Assembly: GCA_016214695.1 (NCBI GenBank)
Contig: JACRNY010000005.1
Coordinates: 80,372 to 144,371, forward strand
Origin: Nitrosomonadales bacterium
Lineage (GTDB): Bacteria; Pseudomonadota; Gammaproteobacteria; Burkholderiales; Gallionellaceae
Reading direction: 5' to 3'
DNA: 64,000 nucleotides
Shown here: one piece after another, positions 20,631 through 30,112 of the stretch
How the letters are laid out: each line of letters opens with the position of its first letter
How positions within the stretch are numbered: position 1 is the stretch's first letter
The notes under the pieces: model-generated
Seen by the model: only the letters and a program-made list of their open reading frames with translations
Told to the model about the DNA's origin: nothing
Database searches by the model: none
Position numbers and translations under genes: made by a program

Positions 20631-20951
20631 ATGAGCATGATCGTTGAAGACTACGAGCGTCTTTCCACCATCACCGGCAAGATGCGCGAGGCCGCCGCCG
20701 CCGGCGAATGGGACGAACTCATCTCTCTGGAGAAGCGCTGTGCTGCGGAAGTGGCCGCGCTCAAACCGCGCGACGGCGTTCCCGCCGAAGAGACCGCGCG
20801 CCAGGCCAAATCGGCCCTGATCCGCAAGATGCTGGCGGACGACAAAGCCATTCGCGAGCAGGTCGAACCCTGGATGCGCCAGCTGGAAAGGATCATGCAA
20901 AGCTCGCGCAGCGAGCAGAAGCTGCAGCAGAGCTACCTGGCCAACTACTAG
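20631..20951 (+). CDS. fliT: FliT chaperone
   Basis: Follows fliS; GEWDELISLE and IRKMLADDKAIRE helical pattern. Confidence 0.8.
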   Translation: MSMIVEDYERLSTITGKMREAAAAGEWDELISLEKRCAAEVAALKPRDGVPAEETARQAKSALIRKMLADDKAIREQVEPWMRQLERIMQSSRSEQKLQQSYLANY

Positions 20952-20966
20952 GCTGCACCACGATGC

Positions 20967-22037
20967 ATGCTTCCCGCCAACCTCACCTCCACACTCAAGG
21001 CGCTCGCACTCACCGATAAGCCGCTCATCACGGCGACGCCGGACAAGAGCAACACCAATGCGGGCAAACAGCAATTCGAAATAGGCCAGAAACTTCAGGC
21101 CACAGTACAGGCGCAAGTCGCCCCCAACGTCTTCAAGGTTCGCATCGCCGACCAGCTGCTGCAGATGCAGCTGCCGGGCTTCATCCGCTCCGGCGACGTC
21201 ATCTCTCTGCAGGTCGTTTCGCTACAACCGCGCCTGACCTTTACCCTGGCCGCATCTTCCAACCCGGTCTCCACCCCGGAATCGCTCAGCGCCGCCTCGC
21301 GCCTGCTCTCGTCGTTGTCGCAACAGCCGCTGGAAAGAAGCCATGTGCGCCCCATCCAGAGTGCGCCGCTGTGGACGGGTGAACAGATGCAGCCCGACAC
21401 CGCGCAGCTCGCAAACAAGCTCCACGACGCCCTAAGTCATAGCGGGCTGTTCTACGAATCGCACCAGGCGCAATGGATCGCGGGGACACGCCCCACCACC
21501 CAATTGCTGCTGGAACCCCAGAACCAGCTCGCGCAGAACCTGCAGCCGCAAAAACCGCCAGCACAGAGTCCCGCCACACAGAGTGCGGGCACAAGGATGG
21601 CCGAGACCGCCGTGGGCAGCATGCCCCTCTTCCAGCCCGGCAGCGAACAACGCACCGCCAGTATCCCGGAACACTTGCAGACTCTGGTACAGCAACAGAT
21701 GAACGCGCTGGAGACGCGGCAAGTGCTGTGGCAAGGCCAGGTCTGGCAGGGGCAGGAGATGCGCTGGCAAGTGCGCGAGGAATCACCGCAGCGCAATGCC
21801 CAGGGCGAACAGGAAGGGCAATGGACCACCCGGATCGACCTGGACCTGCCCAGACTGGGCGGTATCTCCGCCAGACTCAGCTTCAACGGCAATGCGCTTA
21901 ACCTGAAACTCGAAGTATCCGACGAGCAGACGCGCACCATGATGGGCAATACCAGTTCACAGCTGGTCGCGGCACTGAGCGAGCGCGGCATCCCCGTTAT
22001 CCAGACACAGATCAGCCCAAATGAGCCTGCCCGATAA
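20967..22037 (+). CDS. FliK-like (hook-length control C-terminal domain) protein
   Basis: SGLFYESHQAQW and WTTRIDLDLPRLGGISARL motifs; paired with the FlhB-C-like gene. Confidence 0.7.
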   Translation: MLPANLTSTLKALALTDKPLITATPDKSNTNAGKQQFEIGQKLQATVQAQVAPNVFKVRIADQLLQMQLPGFIRSGDVISLQVVSLQPRLTFTLAASSNPVSTPESLSAASRLLSSLSQQPLERSHVRPIQSAPLWTGEQMQPDTAQLANKLHDALSHSGLFYESHQAQWIAGTRPTTQLLLEPQNQLAQNLQPQKPPAQSPATQSAGTRMAETAVGSMPLFQPGSEQRTASIPEHLQTLVQQQMNALETRQVLWQGQVWQGQEMRWQVREESPQRNAQGEQEGQWTTRIDLDLPRLGGISARLSFNGNALNLKLEVSDEQTRTMMGNTSSQLVAALSERGIPVIQTQISPNEPAR

Positions 22038-22353
22038 GCGCCAGTTGGCAGCCGCCCTCGCCTATCGCAACGGCGACGCCGCCCCCAAGGTCGTCGCCAG
22101 CGGACGCGGCCTGGTCGCCAAGGCCATCATCGAGCGCGCCCGCGCGAACGGCATCTATGTGCACGAATCGGAAGAACTGGTCGGCATGTTGATGCAGGTC
22201 GAACTGGACCAGCATATCCCGCCGCAGCTCTATCTGGCCGTGGCCGAGCTGCTGGCCTGGCTATACCGTTTGGAACGGGGTGAAAACGGCGCAATTCCGC
22301 GTACTGGCCCCGCGGCAAACCCGCTACAATCGTCACAAGTGAAACCACGTTGA
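22021..22353 (+). CDS. Stand-alone FlhB C-terminal-like (EscU/YscU/HrcU family) protein
   Basis: AAALAY..APKVVASGRG...IPPQLYLAVAELLAWLY. Confidence 0.88.
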   Translation: MSLPDKRQLAAALAYRNGDAAPKVVASGRGLVAKAIIERARANGIYVHESEELVGMLMQVELDQHIPPQLYLAVAELLAWLYRLERGENGAIPRTGPAANPLQSSQVKPR

Positions 22354-22363
22354 CGATTGCACC

Positions 22364-23131
22364 ATGCGCACCAAGGAAATCCCGCTAAAGATCGAGCTGT
22401 TCTCCAGTGACGAGGAGAACGACTACCTCATCACCAATCCCAAAGAGATCGTCGCCATCCTGCATACCATCGCACAGCGCAAATCGCGCGTTGCCCTGTA
22501 TTACAACGAGGGCAACAGCATGGTGCTGACCATGATCCTCGCCGCCGACGAGGACGGCCTGTGGATAGACGCCGCTTCCAATCCGCAGGACAACCGCCAC
22601 ATCGAACGCAGCAACCGCATCGTCTTCGTCAGCACGCACAACCAGGCCAAAGTGCAGTTCATCGCCAGCAGTGCCACGCTGGGAATGTACGAGAACGCCC
22701 CGGCCTTCAGCCTGCCCCTGCCCAGGAAACTGCTGCGCCTGCAACGGCGCGACTACTACCGCCTCGTCACACCGGAGACTCATGCCCTCAAATGCATCAT
22801 CCGTCCCGTTCCCGACAAGGCGCACATCCTGCACGAGATCACTGTCATGGATATCAGCATCGGCGGTGTGGCACTGGTATGCGAAGCGAGCGGGATCGAA
22901 TTGCAGCCCGGCATGGTTTACGAGCACTGCCAGATCGAACTGCCCGATGTCGGCACCGTGGAGACCACCATCGAGGTAAAGAACACTTTTGAAGTCACCG
23001 ACCGCAACGGCAACATCAAACGCCGCGCCGGCTGCGTGTTCGTCAAACCGAGCGGCCAGACCTCCATGCTGCTGCAACGCTATGTGGCGCAGATGCAGCA
23101 AGCCGCGATCAAAGCAGCAGAGAAGGTCTGA
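22364..23131 (+). CDS. ycgR: c-di-GMP-binding flagellar brake (YcgR-N + PilZ)
   Basis: PilZ motifs QRRDYYR (RxxxR) and DISIGG (DxSxxG). Confidence 0.88.
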   Translation: MRTKEIPLKIELFSSDEENDYLITNPKEIVAILHTIAQRKSRVALYYNEGNSMVLTMILAADEDGLWIDAASNPQDNRHIERSNRIVFVSTHNQAKVQFIASSATLGMYENAPAFSLPLPRKLLRLQRRDYYRLVTPETHALKCIIRPVPDKAHILHEITVMDISIGGVALVCEASGIELQPGMVYEHCQIELPDVGTVETTIEVKNTFEVTDRNGNIKRRAGCVFVKPSGQTSMLLQRYVAQMQQAAIKAAEKV

Positions 23132-23155
23132 TCCACTGAGGGAAAAGCAACGCAT

Positions 23156-23818
23156 ATGGATGTTTCCCATCTGATATTCGATCTGGACGGCACCCTGATC
23201 GACTCGGCGCCATCCATCCTTGCCTGCATGGAGAAAGTCATCGTCGATGCCGGGCATGCACCCGTCCTGCCATTGCAGGCCAGCCTGATCGGACCGCCAT
23301 TAAAGTCCACACTCGCCGCGATCACCGGATTGACGGACGACGATTTGCTTCAACCCCTGGCCGACGCCTTCAAGGAACGCTACGACCGTGAAGGTTTGTA
23401 CACAACCATGCCTTACCCGGAAATTCCCGATACGCTGCGGCAGCTCCATGCCCGGGGAATGAAGTTTCACCTGGCAACCAACAAACGGTCCCGCCCGACT
23501 CTCGCGATCCTGGAGATGCTGGGCTGGCGCGAGTTGTTTCTCTCGGTGACCTGTCAGGATAGCGTGACGCCCGGATATGCCCATAAAGCGGCCATGCTCG
23601 AACACCAATTGCCGGGATATGGCATCGCCCCATCCAGGGCCGTTTACATTGGCGATACCCGCGAAGACGGTTCGGCGGCAGCGGCGAACGGATTGCATTT
23701 CATCGCAGCCGACTGGGGATATGGCGATTTCTCTGACTGGAACAGTACCTTCTCCTGGTCGCGCGTTGCAAATCCAGCGGCCTTGATCAACCTGCTGCAC
23801 CAGCAGGCAAGGGCATGA
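23156..23818 (+). CDS. HAD-family phosphatase (Gph-like)
   Basis: IFDLDGTLIDS motif I, LATNK motif II and YIGDTRED motif IV. Confidence 0.85.
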   Translation: MDVSHLIFDLDGTLIDSAPSILACMEKVIVDAGHAPVLPLQASLIGPPLKSTLAAITGLTDDDLLQPLADAFKERYDREGLYTTMPYPEIPDTLRQLHARGMKFHLATNKRSRPTLAILEMLGWRELFLSVTCQDSVTPGYAHKAAMLEHQLPGYGIAPSRAVYIGDTREDGSAAAANGLHFIAADWGYGDFSDWNSTFSWSRVANPAALINLLHQQARA

Positions 23819-24858
23819 TGAACCGACTCCCCCCGCTTCCCCAGGATGATCTGCTTCATATCCTGGAGCATACCCGGCATCTTTGGCGGGATCTGGACGG
23901 GGAAAGGATATTCATCACCGGCGGGACAGGCTTTTTCGGCGTCTGGCTGCTGGAGACACTGGCGGCGGCCAATTCCCTTCTGAATATTCGTGTGGAAGCC
24001 ACCGTATTATCGCGTGACCCGGAAAGCTTCCAGGCGAAGCTCCCCCATCTGGCCGGAGCATGTTCGTGGTTGAAAGGCGACGTGCGGGACTTCCCCTTCC
24101 CGGCCGGGACCTTCAGCCATGTCATACATGCGGCATCATCGACGGATGCGCGCTTCAATGCGTCAGCCCCGGCGGAAGCGCTGGAAACCATCATCGGCGG
24201 AACTCGCCGCGTACTCGATTTCGCAGCCGCGGCGGGGACCGCCAAGCTGCTGCTCACCAGCTCGGGAGCGGTCTACGGGACACAATCCGCGGACATCCCG
24301 CACATGCCGGAAGCATACCTCGGCGGCCCCGACACAACATCGCCGGACTCCATCTATGCCGAAGGCAAGCGCGTGGCTGAATTGCAGATGTCCATCGCGG
24401 CAAGACACACCGGCCTGAGTGCCAAGATTGCGCGGTGTTATTGCTTCACCGGCCCCCATCTGCCGCTCGACTGGCACTTTGCCATCGGCAACTTCATGGG
24501 CGATGCCTTGGCCGGGCGGAAACTGACAGTACGGGGAGATGGTCGCCCGCTGCGTTCCTACCTGCACGCAGCAGACCTGGTCATATGGCTGCTTGGCATA
24601 TTGTCGAATGGCATCAGCATGCGCCCCTACAACGTGGGATCGGAAGAAGCGTGCAGCATCGCCGATCTGGCGAAACGGGTAGCGCGCATATCCGGACTGA
24701 AGGACGCGGTCTCGATCATGTCGCCCGAAGGGGATGGCCCCGCCCCCCGCTATGTGCCCGATACAAGCCGGGCACGGCAAGAGCTCGGCCTGCAACAGAC
24801 GATCGCGCTGGATGATGCCATCGCAAGGACGTTGGCATGGTGGAGGACAGCCGCATGA
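23815..24858 (+). CDS. NAD-dependent epimerase/dehydratase/reductase (extended SDR)
   Basis: GGTGFFG Rossmann motif, SSGAVYG, and YAEGK (YxxxK). Confidence 0.88.
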   Translation: MMNRLPPLPQDDLLHILEHTRHLWRDLDGERIFITGGTGFFGVWLLETLAAANSLLNIRVEATVLSRDPESFQAKLPHLAGACSWLKGDVRDFPFPAGTFSHVIHAASSTDARFNASAPAEALETIIGGTRRVLDFAAAAGTAKLLLTSSGAVYGTQSADIPHMPEAYLGGPDTTSPDSIYAEGKRVAELQMSIAARHTGLSAKIARCYCFTGPHLPLDWHFAIGNFMGDALAGRKLTVRGDGRPLRSYLHAADLVIWLLGILSNGISMRPYNVGSEEACSIADLAKRVARISGLKDAVSIMSPEGDGPAPRYVPDTSRARQELGLQQTIALDDAIARTLAWWRTAA

Positions 24859-26054
24859 AGCCTGACACCCCAGTACAGGTACGCTACCGCCCTTGCCCCA
24901 TCTGCGTCGGCAAGGACTGCTTGCTCCTGCACGACATGCGCTTCAGCCTGCCGTCCGGTTCGCCGCTTCCCGAGGCTTATACGGTGGTTGCCTGCTCATG
25001 TTGCGGCTTCGTCTATGCGGACACACCCGGGAGCGCCGCAAGCTATAACCGCTATTACGCCGAATTCTCCCATTACGAAGACCCGGCTATCGCCACAGGC
25101 GGGGGCGAGCAGGCTTTCGACAGACAGCGTCTGGCGGAAACTGCCCGCTGGATCGCCGGAAAGGTCGGACCCGATGCGCGCGTGCTCGATATCGGCTGCG
25201 GCAACGGCGGCCTGCTTCTGGCTTTGCGGGAACAGGGGTTCTCGCAGCTCACCGGAATGGATCCGTCCTCCGCCTGCGTGGCACACCTTCAAGAACGCGG
25301 TCTGGCAGCGATGCACGGATGTTTGGGCGATCCCCCGTCGGGCAGGGAGCGGTTCGATCTGATCATCCTGTCCCATGTTCTGGAGCATTTGCTCGATCCG
25401 CGCAGCGCCCTGTCGTCACTGCGGGAATTGCTGAACCCCGGCGGGCATATCTATGTGGAAACGCCGGACGCCGCGCGCTATGTCGAATTTCCAAGCGTGC
25501 CCTACTATTACTTCGATAGCGAGCATATCAACCACTTCGATCGCTTCGCATTGGCCAATCTGGCCAGGGCCGGCGGATTCCGAGTCGAACATTCCGGCAG
25601 CAAGACACTGCCCCTGATGGGAGGACACGCCTACCCGGCCGTATTCTCACTCCTGTCCCTCAACGACACTGCCGAGCCGCTCATCCCGGATTCGTCCGCA
25701 CGACATGCGGTGGCCGCCTATATAGCGCAATCTGCACAAGCATCCCGACTCTCCGAAGTGTTGCTGCTGGCACTGGCACAGAAACGTCCGATCGCGCTTT
25801 GGGGCGCCGGCTCCCAGGCCCAGCGCCTGTTGCTGGATGAAGCCATGGCCGGCGCACAGATCGTCGCGGTAGTGGATGGGGATCGCAGCAAACAGGGCGG
25901 CAGCTTCGCCGGTTGTACAATCGCCGCACCGGCCGTCGGACTCAGGGATCTGCCCGGGAACTGTCTGGTCGTGATCGCCGCCGCACTTGTAGCCGAACAA
26001 ATCCAGGCCGAGTACCATGCCCTCGGCTTGCCGTTCGAATGCGTCGTCAACTGA
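24855..26054 (+). CDS. Class I SAM methyltransferase with Zn-ribbon-like N-terminus and C-methyltransferase-like C-terminus
   Basis: CPIC...CSCCG, LDIGCGNGG, SHVLEH and ALWGAG motifs. Confidence 0.78.
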   Translation: MKPDTPVQVRYRPCPICVGKDCLLLHDMRFSLPSGSPLPEAYTVVACSCCGFVYADTPGSAASYNRYYAEFSHYEDPAIATGGGEQAFDRQRLAETARWIAGKVGPDARVLDIGCGNGGLLLALREQGFSQLTGMDPSSACVAHLQERGLAAMHGCLGDPPSGRERFDLIILSHVLEHLLDPRSALSSLRELLNPGGHIYVETPDAARYVEFPSVPYYYFDSEHINHFDRFALANLARAGGFRVEHSGSKTLPLMGGHAYPAVFSLLSLNDTAEPLIPDSSARHAVAAYIAQSAQASRLSEVLLLALAQKRPIALWGAGSQAQRLLLDEAMAGAQIVAVVDGDRSKQGGSFAGCTIAAPAVGLRDLPGNCLVVIAAALVAEQIQAEYHALGLPFECVVN

Positions 26055-26069
26055 AAGGAAACAACGCGC

Positions 26070-27164
26070 GTGCCAATCTCCATCGCTGAATTGATCAAGG
26101 CGGCAGGCATGACCCCGCCAGCATTCCCGCAGGAACTGCTGGTTTACGGTGCCGGCAACAAGGGGCACCAGATATGCGGGGAACTGCTGGCACGCGGCAT
26201 CGGAGTACCGGCAGTGCTCGATGCAGCCGCAACTCCCGGACAACGATGCAGAGGCATACCGGTATTCACGCCGGCAGCCTGGCTGGCGAATCACGATGCG
26301 GCGACGATGGCCGTCGTCGTCGCCATCCATAACGAGCACACACCCATCCCGCCAGTGCTGGACAGCCTCCGCAACACCGGTTTTGCCCGTGTGCTGACGC
26401 CCATCGATCTTTACGATGCGTTTCCCGATCTCGATCTCCATTACTGGCTGGCACCGCGCCGTTTCTATCTCCCGTTCGCCCAGGAACTTGAACGCCTTGC
26501 CGGAATGTTCGGGGACCGAAGCAGCCGGGAGTGGCTGGAAGCCGTACTGCGATTCCGCCTGAGCGGCGACTATGCCTGCCTGCCCGCGCCCGGACTGCAC
26601 GACCAGTATCATCCCGCCGATCTGCCGCGCTGGCCGGAGAAGTTGCGCTTCATCGACGGCGGCGCATTCACAGGCGACACCCTGCTGCAACTGGAAGCGG
26701 CCGGATATGCCTTCGATGCGATCGCCGCCTTCGAACCGGACCTGGGCAATTTCAAGGAACTGGTCCGCAACAGCGCGCGCTTCGGTTCGGCGATCTCGCT
26801 CCCCTGCGGCCTCGCCGAATGCACGAAACGGATCGGCTTCACCGAGGGCATGGGAGGCGGCAGCCACATCGACAGCAACGCGGCAGAACAGATCACCTGC
26901 GTCGCACTGGACGAGGCCCTGCCCGGCTTCCAGCCCAACCTGATCAAGCTGGATGTCGAGGGCGCCGAGCTGCAAGCGCTGCAAGGCGCGGCGCAGACCA
27001 TCGCACGCTACCGGCCGGCCCTCGCCGTCAGCCTGTACCACCATCCCGAACATCTCTGGCGCATCCCGTTCCTGATCGACAGCTGGAAACTCGGCTACCG
27101 CTTCCATCTGCGCGGCCATGCACAGTCTTCCTTCGACCTGGTCCTCTACGCCCTGCCCGCATAA
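26070..27164 (+). CDS. FkbM-family methyltransferase
   Basis: FIDGGAFTGDT, FEPD, IKLDVEGAE and VSLYH motifs. Confidence 0.85.
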   Translation: MPISIAELIKAAGMTPPAFPQELLVYGAGNKGHQICGELLARGIGVPAVLDAAATPGQRCRGIPVFTPAAWLANHDAATMAVVVAIHNEHTPIPPVLDSLRNTGFARVLTPIDLYDAFPDLDLHYWLAPRRFYLPFAQELERLAGMFGDRSSREWLEAVLRFRLSGDYACLPAPGLHDQYHPADLPRWPEKLRFIDGGAFTGDTLLQLEAAGYAFDAIAAFEPDLGNFKELVRNSARFGSAISLPCGLAECTKRIGFTEGMGGGSHIDSNAAEQITCVALDEALPGFQPNLIKLDVEGAELQALQGAAQTIARYRPALAVSLYHHPEHLWRIPFLIDSWKLGYRFHLRGHAQSSFDLVLYALPA

Positions 27165-27176
27165 CCAAGGAATATC

Positions 27177-28997
27177 ATGCCCATCAGAGTCTCCGAATAT
27201 ATTGCCGACTATCTTGCCCAGGCCGGCGTGCGCCACGTCTTTCTGGTGACCGGCGGCGGTGCGATGTTTCTGAACGATGCCTTCGGCTTCCACCCCGACA
27301 TCGAGGTGATATGCAATCACCATGAACAGGCCTCGGCGATGGCAGCGGAAGGCTATGCCCGGCTGAGCGGAATGCCGGGCGTGGTCAACGTCACCACCGG
27401 CCCCGGCGGCATCAATGCGCTCAACGGCGTGTTCGGCGCATGGACCGATTCCATCCCGATGCTGGTCATCTCCGGACAGGTCAAGCGCGAGACCTGCATG
27501 GCGGGCAAGCACCTGCCCGGTTTGCGTCAGCTCGGCGACCAGGAGGCGGATATCGTCGCCATGGCGCGCCCCGTCACAAAATATTGCGAAACCGTGCTCG
27601 ACCCTGCCGACATCGCCTGGCACCTCGACCAGGCATGGCATCTGGCCTCCAGCGGCAGACCGGGACCGTGCTGGCTGGACATCCCCATCGACGTGCAAGC
27701 AGCCATGATCGAACCCGATTCCCTGCGCCGCTATCAGCCGCCGCAGGAAAATGCCTGGCCGGATACCATCGTCGAGCGCCATAGCCGCTTCATCATGGAG
27801 CGCATCGCGCAATCAAAGCGCCCCGTCATCATGGCCGGAACCGGCATACGCGCGGGCAATGCGCTGGAAGAATTCGAGACTGCCGTGCACGCCCTCGGCC
27901 TGCCTGTGGTGACAGCGTGGACTCACGACCTGATCGCGAGCGACGATCCCTTGTATTGCGGCCGCCCCGGCACGATCGGAACGCGTGCCGGCAATTTCAC
28001 GGTGCAGAACGCCGATCTGCTGATCGTGCTCGGCAGCCGCCTGAACATCCGCCAGACCAGCTACAACTGGGCATCCTTCGCGCGCAACGCTTTTGTCATC
28101 CAGGTAGACATCGACCCGGCGGAACTGGACAAACCCACCTACCGCCCCGACCATGCGATCCATTGCGATGCCAAACCCCTGCTGGCGAAGTTGGCGGACA
28201 TGCTGGCTGCCGGCGGACACGAACCTGCCCACTGGAGCGGCTGGCTGGCTTGGTGTCGCCAGCGCATGACGGACTATCCGGTCGTCATGCCGCAGCAAAG
28301 GGAGACAAAGAACGGGCGCATCAACCCCTATCACTTCGTCGAACGCCTGTTCGAGTCGCTGGCGGAGGACGACATCGTCGCCTGCGCCAATGCGGCAGCC
28401 TGTATCGTGCCAGCCCAGGTCGCCCGACTGAAACGCGGCCAGCGCCTGTTCACGAATTCCGGCAGCGCGTCGATGGGCTACGACCTGCCCGCGGCCATCG
28501 GCGCCTGGTATGGCGCAGTGCGCGTGCGCGGGGATCAGGACAGGGTCATCTGCCTCGCCGGGGACGGCAGCCTGCAGATGAACATACAGGAACTGCAGAC
28601 AGTGGCGCACCACCGTCTGCCCATCAAGATCTTCGTGCTCAACAATCGCGGCTATCTTTCCATCAGGAGCTCCCAGGGCAACTTCTTCAAACGCCTGGTG
28701 GGGGAAAGCCCAGACAACGGCGTTTCCTTCCCGGACTACGTCAAGGTCGCCGCCGCTTACGGGATCCCCTCCTCGCGTATGGAAGCTAAAGATTTTGCGC
28801 AACATGCCGAAGAAGTACTCAGCGCCCCCGGCCCGCATCTGTGCGAGGTCATGCTCGACGAGACGCAGGGCTTTGAACCGCGCATGAGTTCGCGACAACT
28901 GGATGACGGCACGATCGTTTCCCCGTCTCTCGAGGACATGTATCCTTTCCTCGACCGGGATGAGCTGGCCAAGAATATGCTGGATAGCAGCGAGTGA
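27177..28997 (+). CDS. ThDP-dependent acetolactate-synthase-like enzyme (YerE-like)
   Basis: HHEQASAMAAEGYAR, TTGPG, SMGYDLPAAIG and GDGS...NN ThDP motif; glycan-cluster context. Confidence 0.85.
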   Translation: MPIRVSEYIADYLAQAGVRHVFLVTGGGAMFLNDAFGFHPDIEVICNHHEQASAMAAEGYARLSGMPGVVNVTTGPGGINALNGVFGAWTDSIPMLVISGQVKRETCMAGKHLPGLRQLGDQEADIVAMARPVTKYCETVLDPADIAWHLDQAWHLASSGRPGPCWLDIPIDVQAAMIEPDSLRRYQPPQENAWPDTIVERHSRFIMERIAQSKRPVIMAGTGIRAGNALEEFETAVHALGLPVVTAWTHDLIASDDPLYCGRPGTIGTRAGNFTVQNADLLIVLGSRLNIRQTSYNWASFARNAFVIQVDIDPAELDKPTYRPDHAIHCDAKPLLAKLADMLAAGGHEPAHWSGWLAWCRQRMTDYPVVMPQQRETKNGRINPYHFVERLFESLAEDDIVACANAAACIVPAQVARLKRGQRLFTNSGSASMGYDLPAAIGAWYGAVRVRGDQDRVICLAGDGSLQMNIQELQTVAHHRLPIKIFVLNNRGYLSIRSSQGNFFKRLVGESPDNGVSFPDYVKVAAAYGIPSSRMEAKDFAQHAEEVLSAPGPHLCEVMLDETQGFEPRMSSRQLDDGTIVSPSLEDMYPFLDRDELAKNMLDSSE

Positions 28998-29011
28998 ATG
29001 GGAGACATGAG

Positions 29012-30097
29012 ATGAGTGTGAACAACAGGGTCTTCGAGGATCTTTTCGTCCTCGAAATGGCGAACAACCACTGGGGCGACCTCAAGCGGGCACTCCGGAT
29101 CGTGACCGACTATTCACGCATCGTCCGCTTCAATAACGTCAGAGCCGCCATCAAGGTGCAATTCCGCGATGTGGATGCTTTCATCCACAAGGACTTCCGT
29201 GACCGCTCCGATATCCGTTACATCAAGAAGACGCTGGATACCCAGCTTGGCTGGAACGACTATGCCAAGATAGTGCAGGCAGTGCGCAAGGGCGGCTGCA
29301 TCCCGATGGCCACCCCGTTCGACGAACATTCGGTCGGCATGTGCGTCCAGCTCGGGATCGACATCATCAAGCTGGCCAGTTCCGACATCAACGACTGGGT
29401 GCTGATCGACCGCATCGCCGCGACCAGGAAACCCGTGATCGTGTCGACCGGCGGCTCATCGCTGAAGAACATCGACGACCTGGTCTCGTTCTTTTCGAAG
29501 CGCAGCATCCCCCTGGCCATCAATCACTGCGTTTCCATCTACCCTTCCGAGGACAGGGAGCTTGAACTGAACCAGGTGGACTTCCTGAAGAATCGCTACC
29601 CGAATCACGTCATCGGATTCTCCACCCATGAATACGGGGACTGGGCCACTTCCATCACCATCGCCTACGCCAAGGGTGCCAGGACTTTCGAAAGACATAT
29701 CGACATCAAGCACGAGGAACATCCGGTCTCGCCCTATTGCAGCCTTCCGCACCAGATCGACCAGTGGTTCAAGGCATACAAGAAAGCTGTCGAGATGTGC
29801 GGCTCCCCCGGCACCCAGAAGCGCATTCCGCCCGAAAAGGAAAAGACATATCTTGATTCTCTCGTTCGGGGCGTCTACGCAAGACACGACATCAAAAAAG
29901 GGGAGAAACTCACGGGGGATGCCGTCTACCTGGCCATCCCGCTCCAGAAAGGGCAGATATCGTGCCGGGAATGGATGAACGGCGAAGTGGCGCAGAACGA
30001 CATCAGCGCACACCAACCCGTCATGATCGAGATGATCGACAGCCCATACGCGGAGAACGATCAGCTCAAATCGCTCATCTACTCCCGCGGCATCTGA
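29012..30097 (+). CDS. NeuB/SpsE-family nonulosonate synthase-like protein with SAF domain
   Basis: EMANNH, KLASSD, STGG, HCVSIYP, GFSTHE and ERH motifs. Confidence 0.85.
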   Translation: MSVNNRVFEDLFVLEMANNHWGDLKRALRIVTDYSRIVRFNNVRAAIKVQFRDVDAFIHKDFRDRSDIRYIKKTLDTQLGWNDYAKIVQAVRKGGCIPMATPFDEHSVGMCVQLGIDIIKLASSDINDWVLIDRIAATRKPVIVSTGGSSLKNIDDLVSFFSKRSIPLAINHCVSIYPSEDRELELNQVDFLKNRYPNHVIGFSTHEYGDWATSITIAYAKGARTFERHIDIKHEEHPVSPYCSLPHQIDQWFKAYKKAVEMCGSPGTQKRIPPEKEKTYLDSLVRGVYARHDIKKGEKLTGDAVYLAIPLQKGQISCREWMNGEVAQNDISAHQPVMIEMIDSPYAENDQLKSLIYSRGI

Positions 30098-30112
30098 GCG
30101 GAGGGACCCCGG

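Noticed and set aside
25647-27812. 721-aa antisense ORF, and similar long ones such as 15733-17280, 38598-40520 and 58636-60096
   Set aside because: These are shadow frames of well-supported genes in GC-rich DNA, with no recognisable motifs.
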